Part shown: one piece after another, positions 34,862-46,300 of the stretch | Numbering within the stretch: position 1 is the first letter of the stretch | How the letters are laid out: every line of letters begins with the position of its first letter | Origin: Macrostomum lignano | Taxonomy: Eukaryota | Length of the DNA stretch: 64,000 nt | Direction: 5' to 3' | Assembly (NCBI GenBank): GCA_002269645.1 | Contig: NIVC01002466.1 | Location: 1-64,000, forward strand | Notes under the pieces: generated by a model | Databases searched by the model: none | Told to the model about the DNA's origin: nothing | What the model saw: only the letters and a program-made list of their open reading frames with translations | Made by a program: the position numbers and the translations under genes

Positions 34862-35090
34862 TCACGCGGCTCTTCTCAGGGCCTCAGACAGGGCCACCTG
34901 TCTTCGCCTGTTGGCTACCTTTACCGGCAGAAGCAGCAGCACCTCCGAAACCAACTCTGGCCAATGCAAAGGGATGATGTGCCCCGCCAGCTGGAGTCGC
35001 CGACTGCGCAACAGGTCGCTTGGACGGGCCAGTTGACGCGGCAATGAAGTGCCATGCATAAGTGCATCGCTCGTCACCGACTTTGAAGGC
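34862..35090 (-). mobile_element. RTE-clade LINE 3' remnant
   Basis: ARPSDLLRSRRLQLAGHII..ELVSEVLLLLPVKVANRRRQ matches the RRL.LAGH motif downstream of RTE reverse transcriptases. Confidence 0.6.
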
Positions 35091-35143
35091 GTCGTGAAAC
35101 GGCATCAAAAAATTGTGAAGATCATAAATATTGTTAAGATAAA

Positions 35144-35262
35144 TGTGAACGGCCTGGAGATTAATAGCACCTTCTCGACGCGTCCGAGCAGTTATGGCGT
35201 AGACCCCGAATCCATCGGCTGCTTGTACCTGGGGTACAATTATGTAACTTCTTACAACCGTA
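35144..35262 (+). pseudogene. Orphan fragment of an A-type LamG exon
   Basis: Encodes VNGLEINSTFSTRPSSYGVDPESIGCLYLGYNYVTSYNR versus paralog A VNGLEVNSTFSKYPSSYGVDPESIGCLYLGYNYIATYNR (29340-29455). It lies between two LINE remnants. Confidence 0.85.
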
Positions 35263-35263
35263 G

Positions 35264-36750
35264 GCTATGGTCTGCAATGCTTCACGCCTGCCCCTATCTT
35301 CAGCAGGTGCACGCTGGTGGGAGGTCTGCACGATCTATCTGCCTCTGGCAGCCGCAGACTCGCCCACGCTGCTCGCAAGTCGACCCAGGGGTACTCGTCC
35401 CCGCGAGTGTTCAAGGCAGTCCTTAGGGCTGCTGAACAGACTGGGCTTCGACGCTGGCCACCCATACAGTCCGCAGGCCATGGTACTGATTAACGTACCC
35501 TCTAATGCCTAAGGTGTTTGACCGCACCGATGGGCTGGAAGACTGGGGAGTAGTCCAGTCGCTAGCGGTCCCCGATTTTCCTTTCAACCTTCTTCCTTGT
35601 GACTCTGCCCACTCCTTCCCGCTTTCAGCCATGGCATCCTCCGCCTCTAAAAATCCCGCTGAAGTCGGGATCCCGGCAACTCCGGCCGCAGCGCCGCCCC
35701 ACCAAGGGCAATTGGGCTTGCCGCCTGATCGTCCGGTGACGAACCTGCACGCGTACCCGGGCCCTCCGCGGAGGCTCGACGTGCCCGCAATTAACGCCGC
35801 AACAAGCGACGACAGCGACAACGCTATAGCGAGGCTGCGGGCCGGCCACCTGCGGAGGGAAAACCTTGGGAGGGCGAGGCTGCTGTTGGGCCGAAAGAAG
35901 CCACAGTGACCCCTGCCCCACAGGAAACAACCCCCGCTGGTATGCCACCCGGCAAACCTACCATCAGCGAGGCCGGGCTTTCGGGAGCCACCGCAACTAC
36001 GCCACAAAGGTCAAGCTCTAACCGGCGGTCATCGTCTTCGGGGATGAGCAAGACCTCATTGACCTGGCAGGCCGCCCCCTGAGCGTGGTCAGATCAGCAA
36101 AGACCGACGGCTGCATCTTCATCTGGTGCAACTCGGAGGACACCCGCCGGAGTCTACACGAGCTTCTGCCGAAATTAGGGAAAAATCTTCGCTGTGGTGG
36201 AATCCCGAGCTCGGCAACCTCCGTCGCAGAGCTAAGAGACTCCAACCGCAGAGCAATTAAAACCAAGAGACCAGCGAAGGAACAAGCCTCTCAGCGAAAA
36301 CCAGCACGCTTTTCGGGCCGGGTCGATCCACCGAAAGCGCGCTTCATGTCCTAGTCGATAAACTAGAGAAGGCCGTGCTTGGTAACGGCGTCGCTCTGGG
36401 GATCTTCTTGGACATCATTGGCGCCTTCGATAACGTCCTCTTCGAGGCGTCCCGGAGAGCCCTCTGTGAGAGGCAAACGCACTCACATCTCACCAGGTGG
36501 ATCATGTACATGATCAGCCATCGCACGGCCACCGCCAGCTTGCTGGGTTACCAGAGGACGGTCCCTGTCTGCAAAGGTAGCCCGCAAGATGGGGTGCTGT
36601 TTCCAGTTCTCTGAATATGATCATCGATGAGCTCCTTCAAGATGCTCGGCCTGACCCCATTCTGAAAGTAGGATATATGCCGACGATGTCACCGCAGTGG
36701 CTTCTGGTCCGTCCCCTGATACCATTAGGGACCTTCTTCAGAATTCCAAT
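35264..36750 (+). mobile_element. Internally deleted non-LTR retrotransposon (R1/LOA-like) with RT fragment
   Basis: 36339-36740 encodes ALHVLVDKLEKAV..ALGIFLDIIGAFDNV..WI..KGSPQDGVLFPVL.NMIIDELL..YADDVTAV (RT motifs, broken frame); upstream GC-rich gag-like fragments. Confidence 0.8.
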
Positions 36751-37859
36751 TTCGCTGAGCAATGAGCGGATCGTTGTGGTTTAAAGCTCTCTGAGACTAA
36801 GACGGCAGCGATCATGTTCAATTGTCTCACAAAACCAGCAGCAGCGACATCATGGACTAGAAAATTACTTGCTGGACTTCCAAACTCCAAATGAAGCATC
36901 CATGTGCTCTCTACATGGTGCACTCACAAGTTTCTAAAACCGTTCTTTCATCAAATGCTTCATGAGACTGGCAATCAAGCAAATTAGGGCGTGGCGAAGC
37001 GTGGACAGTGAGTGACCATAATGAAAAAAATTATGCATTTTAACGAACTGTTGCCCATAGCTGAATTTCGGGGAGCGAGTACACTATAGAAGTGCGCTAT
37101 TGTCTAATAGAGGTGCACCGGCTTCGTTCTCTATCTGGCGTCCAGCTATATGACACGTTGGTAAAATGCTTAGAGAATGCTTTTGTGGGATTAGAAGCCT
37201 AGAAGCCCTGTTGGATTGCTTGGTTGGAAGGTACAAGCACGAGCGTAGGGTAGCAATGCTAAAAATCCACAGCCATATAGCATTTAGCTTTTTGACGATC
37301 CGATCTTGCATTGTAGCTTCTCATCCCTAAAATGCTTCTTTGAAAAAAATGATTAGCAAAGTGGAACGCTCGGCAGACTCAAGGCAGTCACAGCTCTGAA
37401 ACTGAGCCCTGGGCCATAATACTCTGCGCTCCCTTGCGTTAAGAGGATGTGGAGAGTGAAATTGACAGGTCAGACACATTTTTGCTGACTGCTGCTGTTT
37501 CATTCTTATTTTATTTTTTTACGTTGATGCCTTGTTATCAACTCGCTTGTTTCAACTGATATGGCTATGCCATTAGCATTCCAGAAATCATGACACCAGC
37601 AGGTCAGGGATCTTGTTTGCTCGAATTCTTTTCCTGTGATTTCAAGGCCGTATGGATGCAATGAGGATTTGCTCCGACTCAAGGACTTCCTCAGGTCTGT
37701 ACATAAAGGTTGATTCTGTGATGAGCAGTTTCTATAAGAGAATTTTTTGTGAGAATTTGCTCAAGCTGTATAGAACAAATACTCCGAGGATGAAGAGCTA
37801 CCCCTGTCAATATAAAGTACAGGCCCTGTCCCTTCTGAATATTTGCTCGGAAAAGGATT

Positions 37860-38030
37860 CTAAAAGTCTTCTTTAAGTCCATTTCAGCCTTCAGTCGCGT
37901 CTTGATGTTGGGAAGTGTTTTATTTATCCTCTTGCAGGTTAGATTGACACCGATTTCTTCCAACTCAATTCGTACCGAGCCAAACGCTGCATTCTTTTTT
38001 CCCAGAGTGCCTGGCGTCTTCCCATTGTTT
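37860..38030 (-). mobile_element. Possible Myb/SANT-like (trihelix) remnant, as in PIF/Harbinger accessory ORFs
   Basis: Minus frame KKNAAFGSVRIELEEIGVNLTCKRINKTLPNIKTRLKAEMDLKK resembles the Myb_DNA-bind_4/5 helix pattern; no start codon or flanking exons found. Confidence 0.35.
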
Positions 38031-38309
38031 TAGACGGTAGGGTGTGGGGGGGGGCATTTTACGAACACCTCGTCTTCGGCGTCACTGCTTTCGTCAATCA
38101 TGCTCAATGAAGTCGTGAGGCTGCCGCGGTTTCAGTAAGGAAATAGGAAACAAACTTGTAAGCTCATTCGAAATGCGAAACTTTTCGAACGTAGGCAAGT
38201 AGAGTCCGGCATGAGAACATAGCTTTGTCTATGGTTAAAAGTTTGCAAAGTAGTGTAAACTCAAACAAGTAAAAGGGAAGACCCGGTTTAAGTTATTTTT
38301 TAGTTAGAG

Positions 38310-38372
38310 GCCTGTGCGCACCTTGTCGCACTTTATAAGCGACATTGTCACACAACCGGCGAGAGGCATTAA
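38310..38372 (-). mobile_element. 3' tail fragment of the tRNA-SINE family
   Basis: Reverse complement TAATGCCTCTCGCCGGTTGTGTGACAATGTC..AAGTGCG.CAAGGTGCGCACAG..GCCTCTAA matches 22238-22308. Confidence 0.7.
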
Positions 38373-38664
38373 CCTAAGCTTTCTCATAGAATTATTTCTT
38401 TGACTCGGAGAATATTCTCAAGCGTGAGCAACTTCTATACAGTGATAATATTCAGTGAGTATGAGTATTCTCCTGAGCGAATGATCAGATAGCCTGGTTT
38501 GTCTATAAGTCAAAGTTCCCATCCATTCCACCTGTCCTCAGTTTGCTGTTCTGCTGGGGCTTTGGGCACTGCCAAGCCGAGACGACAGTGGACCCGCAGG
38601 CAGAGAAGAAGCAAGCAGTCAGGCTATGAACTAAGTGTTCCTAGTGGTCCTTGGATCTATGGTA

Positions 38665-38885
38665 GACAAGTTATATGGTAGAAAAGGTCTATGGTAGACA
38701 AGGTCTATGGTAGACAAGGTCTATGGTAGACAGGATCTATGGTAGACAGGATCTATGGTAGACAGGATCTATGGTAGACAGGATCTATGGTAGACAGGAT
38801 CTATGGTAAAAAGGATCTATGGGTAGACAAGGTCTATGGTAGACAAGGTCTATGGTAGACAGGATCTATGGTAGACAAGGTCTAT
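38665..38885. repeat. 16-bp minisatellite
   Basis: GGTCTATGGTAGACAA / GGATCTATGGTAGACA tandem copies. Confidence 0.95.
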
Positions 38886-39162
38886 GGCAGGACAAAATTT
38901 ATGATTTATATTTTCTTCCAAACAGCTCTCTTCATTCATACGACCAAAGCGTGTCATTGTGGGTGATTCTTAGCGTAAGCTCACCTAAGACAACAGACAG
39001 CTAAGTTGATGTACATGTGTTAACGAAATATTCGAATATCAATTTTGATCATGCGAAGCTTGTTCTCGATGGGAAACTCAAAGATTTCCAATTGACCGTT
39101 GGTCTATTTCATGCAAGACTGCGGAACTGCGGTGGTTGCAACATCTGACTCTGGTTTTGTCA

Positions 39163-39684
39163 TCAAATTAACTCTTTGACCTGCTCAACAGTGAGCATTT
39201 CTTTGAAGATGCCGAGTACTTTGATTCGGCCGTTCAAAAACTTTGTCGGCGAATCAGCCCAGTTGAAGCCAAGGTAGAGGCAGCCGATTCGCTCGGGATC
39301 CGTGCCGTACGTGCTGGCGGAGGTGTAGAAGGTGGTGTCCAGCTTCACGCCGTTGACCAAAAAGTAGCCGGATGTCGGGCCGATGGCCATGGCAAAGTGG
39401 ATTGCAGAGCCGCTGGGATAGGTGTAAGTCGATCCAGCAGCGACGGACGTTGCGATCTGCCAATCGCCAGTCAAGGAGTTCAGGAACCAGCCTTCGTTGC
39501 CAACGGATTGTTCGTTGATGGCACCGTTGTGGTTGTTGTTGTTGGAGCAGCTGGCGAACATGGCGAGCTCGGATCGGGACTTTGGGGCTCCACGACTGAA
39601 GGTCACCAAGAAGGTGAATGACGTGTTTTTCCTGCAAGATTATCCGAGCGTAGTACAGATTTTTTGAAAATTAATCATCTATCA

Positions 39685-39774
<90 letters not shown>

Positions 39775-41067
39775 TACGGACAAGCAATAGAAAGATGCCT
39801 TTAGATTAGAAGTGGAGGGTCAGTGAAAAATTGAAATTCAAATTCAAAATACAAAAACAAAAAACGAACCTGACGAGCGAGTTGAAGCCGATGTGCGACA
39901 GGTTGAGTCTCACGAACTGCGTCTCAATCGTCGGAATCTGGACGCCGTCGGGTCCGATGTCGATCGGTGTGTTGTTGACGGCCGGCATGACGGTCGGGTT
40001 TGCGAGGTTCAGCATGCTCGAGTTGAAGGTGTAGAAGGCGAGCATTGATGAGGCCCAGGTGCGCGCTTTGTGCCACATGCTGCAGCCTTGGACGCCGTGG
40101 AGGCGGCTGTTCAGGTAGAGGCTGAGCGATCCCTCAAAGCAGCCGGACGCGTTGAAGACGAAGAACTCGCAGGTCGGACGCGACGCGCAGGCGTGGGCGC
40201 AAACGTCCAGGTGATGCGGCTGCGACCAAGCGAGGCGGAGCACAGGCGGGACATTGGCGGCTGCAGTGTGGGTGCACCAGGTCTCGCTGGAGAAGTGGCT
40301 TCGCCAACGGACCGACACGGCGAGAGGCGAGAAGTCGTCGGCTGGGTAGTCGGCGGCAGCGATGTGGGCGAAGTAGGCGGAGGCGTTGAGCGGCAGGCAG
40401 CGGACGGCGGATCCGGCGGCTTCGGGAGCGGCGGCCGCGTCGAGAATCGGCGCGAACATTGAGCCGTCCGCCGCCAGCCGCGTGCACCAGCGGGAGCAGA
40501 GGAGCTCGGCCAGACTGACCGCTGCTCCAGTTGAGTTCGAGGCAATGATGAATGTTGCTTCAATTAGGTGGTCTGGTTGGCAGAATTCTGTCATTGGAAT
40601 TGAGGGGAGAGTAGACTTCATTGCATGTTTGTTATGTTGCAAGCATTTTGTTGTTGGATTATTTAACTCTAAACACTGTTCTAGTCAAAAAACGTTTACA
40701 ATGTCCTGTCTGCAAACGCACCGTTCAAAGTTTGGTTGATCTTGTCCTTTGTAGAAATCTTCTGGCAGTTTCCCAGCCTCCAAGAGACTGAGAAACTAAG
40801 CACCAGCTGCTGACGAAACCCGCCAACCGGGCCAAGAGACTCGCGCGAACAGGCCAAACAGCCGGCTGTTTTGTCGCACTCGGCGGCGCACTCGATCTGG
40901 CTGGCATTTGCTGTGACAGGGACTACTGAGGCTTCTAGTACTTCCGCGCTTGCGAGGCACACACCGTCAAGCAAGTCGACGCTCTGCCAAAGCGACAAGC
41001 GACTGTTGCTGTGCGCTGACACCAGCTGCTGTGCAAGCAGTGGTAGAAAAATAAGCAGGCAGTGCAT
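39163..41067 (-). CDS. Secreted PAN-PAN-PAN-LamG/ConA-like protein, paralog C, intact, inverted
   Basis: Exons 41067-40722, 40587-39870, 39631-39163 in frame, with the same intron phases as A and B. Signal peptide MHCLLIFLPLLAQQLVSA; IECAAECDKTAGCLAC; middle exon A-like; last exon B-like. Confidence 0.87.
39680..39775. repeat. (GATA)n microsatellite in paralog C intron 2
   Basis: Direct reading of the sequence. Confidence 0.98.
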
Positions 41068-42489
41068 GAAAAGTTTTCTCTCTGGACTCAGACACGAAAA
41101 GCGCTGCTGCCAGCCGAGGTTTTACATGCGATTGCAGGAAGAGTTGGAAGCACTGGGCTCTCTACCAATCGCATGGAAGATGATATTTGAATTAAAGTCA
41201 CTTATTTGGTTTGCTATATTGGAGTTCCAAGCCCGGGGTTGCAAAAAGTACGAGATGCAGTTTCTCGCAAAGTTGCAACATCTACAGCGAGTATCTTTAT
41301 GACTGATGGCAGGCCTGGCTTCCGAGTACAACATGTACTTCAAAATACGAGCGAAAGTGTTTTAATAACTCGTACTAGCAGCAATATTTTATATTGCCCT
41401 AGCTGATGGGTTGTTGTTCCTCAAGTAGCTTTTGATAATCGATGTCACTGGGATTTATCATGACAGCCGTAATTTCCCTGTCAAGGCAAGAGCGCCTTAC
41501 ATTTCACTTTCACTATTATGAACCAAGCTTATACTAACTAGCTAGTCCAGTTTTGAAACTGCCGTTGAAACACTTGTCCGAACCGATGGCTTGAAGTTAC
41601 GGGTGAGTCAGAGAGTAACACTCGTGTTTCATGGAAATTTAATTGAAGACCGAATTAGTTGAAGATTGAATTTTACCGTGGAAAAGAACAAGCGAGATAA
41701 AAAAACCCAGTTTAACCACTTACTGGACATTTTCTATATTTCTGCTTTCTTACGGCGATCCCATGAAGCTAGCATGAGCTTGATCAGAGCTGACGTTAAA
41801 CGTTTATCAACTTACCGGCTTGTAAAATTCAGGAACAATGGTTACTGGAGACGGAAAAACGTGAAGGACACGAATTTCAAACGACTGAAAGATAAAATAC
41901 CAAAAATGTAGGCGCGTGCTACTTTTTTCACCTAACAGTTTTCTAAACAGTTTGATGAGTTGTAAGTGCTACGTAATGGCTGTAAATGACGAGGCATATA
42001 TTGAATACTGTATATACTTTCCCTCAGGCACGACCACAGATACTATAATAACTATTATTATAGTATCTGTGGGCACGACAGCCATTAGTTTCGGCCATTA
42101 CTCCTCAGTTGCTCCCATAAATGTACATTTACTAATTTGCGAAATAATTACTACCTAGCAACATGCAATTTCAAGTGATGCGTAGCTCAGAAGCGAGACA
42201 TATACGAGTATAGAATATTGTGGAGGTGTGGAGGACTTATGGTTGTGAACCCGGCAGTTTACTTGCAAAAGCAGGTGCCACGTAAAAGAAGACTCAAAGC
42301 GTGAGGTAAATGCTAGAGTTTCAGAACATTGCCCAACGCTATAAACTCATCATTCCACACTTCAAAATCATCCATTATTTAAGGCTACTAAAAGTACGAG
42401 CTAAATTACTCAGCCAATGTGTTCATACCTCATGGTTTTAGTATGGTCAATGATTGATTTAAGTCACTTGTGACTTCGCCACTCAAGAA

Positions 42490-43140
42490 AAACTCCACAA
42501 CCAAAGACACAATCGAATCATTACCATTGTCTAACTCCACAACCAAAGACAATCTAAACAGTACCAATGCCTAACTCCACAACCAAAGACACAATCTAAA
42601 CATTACTAATGTCTAACTCCACAACCAAAGACACAATCTAAACATTACTAATGTCTAACTCCACAACCAAAGACACAATCTAAACATTACTAATGTCTAA
42701 CTCTACAACCAAAGACACAATCTAAACATTACTAATGTCTAACTCTACAACCAAAGACACAATCTAAACATTACTAATGCCTAACTCCACAACCAAAGAC
42801 ACAATCTAAACATTACTAATGCCTAACTCTACAACCAAAGACACAATCTAAACATTACCAATGCCTAACTCCACAACCAAAGACACAATCTAAACATTAC
42901 CTATGTCTAACTCCACAACCAAAGACATAATCTAAACATTACTAATGCCTAACTCTACAACCAAAGACACAATATAAACATTACTAATGCCTAACTCCAC
43001 AACCAAAGACACAATCTAAACATTACCAATGCCTAACTCCACAACCAAAGACATAATCTAAACATTACTAATGCCTAAATCTACAACCAAAGACACAATC
43101 TAAACATTACTAATGCCTAACTCCACAACCAAAGACATAA
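42490..43140. repeat. 42-bp minisatellite
   Basis: ~15 copies of GTCTAACTCCACAACCAAAGACACAATCTAAACATTACTAAT. Confidence 0.97.
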
Positions 43141-44451
43141 TCTGCCATAGCTGCATGGCTGCTCATAGTTTGAATTGGAAACCGGAACGAGGCATTCAAG
43201 CCATTCAACCATTTGTTAATGCATTTTCCGCTTTCAAAGGTTGCCTGTCATTATCTGACAAAACTTGTTTTGATTCTGTGAAGACTAGTTCCTTTCAATT
43301 CTTTTAAACTCATTTTTGGTTTGGAGATTGAAAATGAAGACCAGTGTTGATGCTCTGCGATTTTTGAGTCGCCAGTAGCAACTGCCACCTGCTGCAGGCT
43401 CAGAAAGCAAGTGGGCAGTTTTTTTAGATTCGAGTCACACTTCATCCGGTTGAATTGTGCGCAGCTTTTGCACCGCAGTCTAACAAAGGATGAAGGTTTC
43501 AATTGTCTCAATTACGAGCTCGTAAATCCATTGATTTGCTTCCGTTCACTTCCTGCAGAAAAATTCATTGGGAAAGAGTTTTCTGCTCGTCATCAAGAGC
43601 TCTAATAGCTAGACTTCAATAGGGAATTCGCAAGAATGAATATTTGAGAATAGCGATTCAATGCAATTGTTCCAGACGGGCAAGTTTTATGTTATCGCGA
43701 GAGAGTATCGGGAGATTATCATGAGCTTAAATGTTGCCCAAGTTCTCAATTTGCAAGTGCTCAGTAGAAAACTTCAGTTGAATGAAACAATTAAGCAGAA
43801 CTTTAGCTCCATTCAACTTCAACTTCAAGTTCAAAATTCAACGCCGCGAGAACAAGCGAGGCCTAAAAAGGTACAGCACACAACCACCCACCCCAATGCC
43901 GCAAACCCACCCCCCACGGGTGGAGCCAAACAACCCCTCCTAGCCAATCGCAAACGCCGGTTAGTCCAGGCCGTGCAAGCCGGCTAGGCAAACCGATCAT
44001 TTGTACAAAAACTGAGAGGCGAAAGCGTTGCAGAGCTTCAATAGATATCTTCTTGAAACTGCAGATCCTGAAAAGTACATCATGCATGTGTAAGTATGGG
44101 TGATGGGCCCGTGTGTCGAACAAGTCGAAACGGCCACTGCAAACCGGTGATGAGTTTATAGCAATGCTGCAAGTATATAGCGATGGATGCAGCAAACGTA
44201 ACTCAAATTCTGTACACCTGCGAGACCAAAGATTCCTAACGCGAACAGTAAGGGCCTGCCCAAAGTGCAATTTGGGGGTTTAAAGTGAAGTTCACTCCAT
44301 GTTTAAGTGTGGCTGGAACTTTTATAGTGATCCAATGATAAATTTCAACAGAAGATCTCAGAAAAGTTTCGAATTTAATTCGTAAATAACTGACTGCAGA
44401 GGATAAAGTATCTTATACCAAAAAATGTGCTTGAGCCGATTCTGGAATACT

Positions 44452-44675
44452 CAGGGGCGTCGCCATGGATTTTATGGTAGGGGACAAAGTCAAGAATTCT
44501 GCGTGTACATGTACGTGACTAAATTTCTACATGTACATTATCTGTGTTGTCAGCGCTCATTTTGGCGCCGCTGGCACTCATTTTGACTTCGGAGGCGCTA
44601 TATTTTGTCGCCATGAAGCAAAATTATTGATTTCCATAACGGGTCACGAACGAGGTAGGGTTGGCGACGCCCCTG
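44452..44675. mobile_element. hAT-type MITE, 224 bp, perfect 14-bp TIR, 8-bp TSD GGAATACT
   Basis: CAGGGGCGTCGCCA (44452-44465) / TGGCGACGCCCCTG (44662-44675); GGAATACT at 44444-44451 and 44676-44683. Confidence 0.92.
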
Positions 44676-44875
44676 GGAATACTGTTGGGGTACGCGATTT
44701 TACGAGTAGTTTAAGTTTTTAATTATTATTAAAATTATTGTAAATTATTATTTTTCTTTTTTTGCCTTTTTCTATTTTTCTTTCGCTATAATAATTTAGT
44801 CGTGTCGCTCAAACATTATTTAAAATGATAAAATGGCACCATTTGCCATGAACATAAAAAAATAAGTTATAAGTA

Positions 44876-44889
44876 ATAGTAATAATAAT

Positions 44890-44929
<40 letters not shown>

Positions 44930-44930
44930 T
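44876..44930. repeat. (AAT)n microsatellite
   Basis: Direct reading of the sequence. Confidence 0.95.
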
Positions 44931-45939
44931 ATCTATCCACCCCGCCAAATTTTTGCATTAGCTTGAATGGAATAATTATCTGTGATCTGTGCAAAATACA
45001 TTTATGATGCACTTGTTTGGTTTTCACAATGGCTTTGTTACACAATAGTCGGAAACTCGCGCGCTCATATTTCGGCGGTTATTCAACTCAGATAAACAAT
45101 CTACCATTGCTGAAGAAAGAAAAACCAAAGTATCCAAAGGCCAAAGCTAACGTGCAGAGCTGTTTTCACGCCAACAGATGGGCTCTCTGTCTCAGCTGTT
45201 TGGGAACATAAGCTATTGTGTGGAATGTTTACTTGGAATCTTTAGCTAATGGATCGAGAAGAGCAGACAAAACAGAGCCACAACAGTGTTTCTCCTGCAC
45301 TTGGGGCAAGAATATTGCGGGAGAATTGCATCAGATGGTTTTTAACTTTGGATACTAAGTTGTGTCTGGGCTGTGATTGTCCTGATATAATGGTATCGTC
45401 ATGCATCTGTCCTGCTGAAAAACTTGTCGAGAATTATTGTTAATTTGTTTTACCGATTGCTTAGTGTTGCAACACCGGAAAAAAGATTTAGTAAAGGAAA
45501 ATACGACGAAATTATTCCAATGAAGGAATTACGCGAATTATGCGACAATACCTTAAGTTCCCTAGAAAATTGACGATTAAAATGCTCCGGAATTCTAATA
45601 GAGACCCAGCACGTACGTACATGTATCTACACGCAGTCTTGTTAAAAGCCTGTTGAAATTTATCAGACGAACCGGTACAGCTGATCGAGTACATGTAAAT
45701 TTAGGTTTCCCTCTTACAACGATCTTGAATTGTTGTCTTCTGTTGTCAGAGAGAGACTGCTAAATATTATTATCATCAAAGACGGCACTGCATGCCTTAC
45801 AGCCTTAATAAAATGTACGAAACTATAGTTATCTGCACCTAGTATAGCGCCCATACACACTAATTTCTAAGAGTAGGGTTTCTGTCTCATCCTCGTGTTT
45901 CTGAATGGAGTGAAAAGCAGTTTGATGAGAATATGAAAA

Positions 45940-46042
45940 ACAGACAGACAGACAGACAGACAGGCAGACAGACAGACAGACAGGCAGTTATCAATGAATT
46001 GTAGGCAGACAGACAGACAGACAGTCAGACAGACAGACAGAA

Positions 46043-46087
<45 letters not shown>

Positions 46088-46090
46088 GGC

Positions 46091-46127
<37 letters not shown>

Positions 46128-46300
46128 GGCAGACAGACAGACAGACAGCTGACAGACAGACAGACAGACAGACAGACAGGCAGACAGACAGACAGACAGA
46201 CAGACAGTCAGACAGACAGACACACAGACAGACAGACAGACAGACACTAAGACACTAATTAAGACAGACAGACAGACGGACAGACAGACAGACAGACGAT
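45940..46300. repeat. (CAGA)n microsatellite
   Basis: Direct reading of the sequence. Confidence 0.98.
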
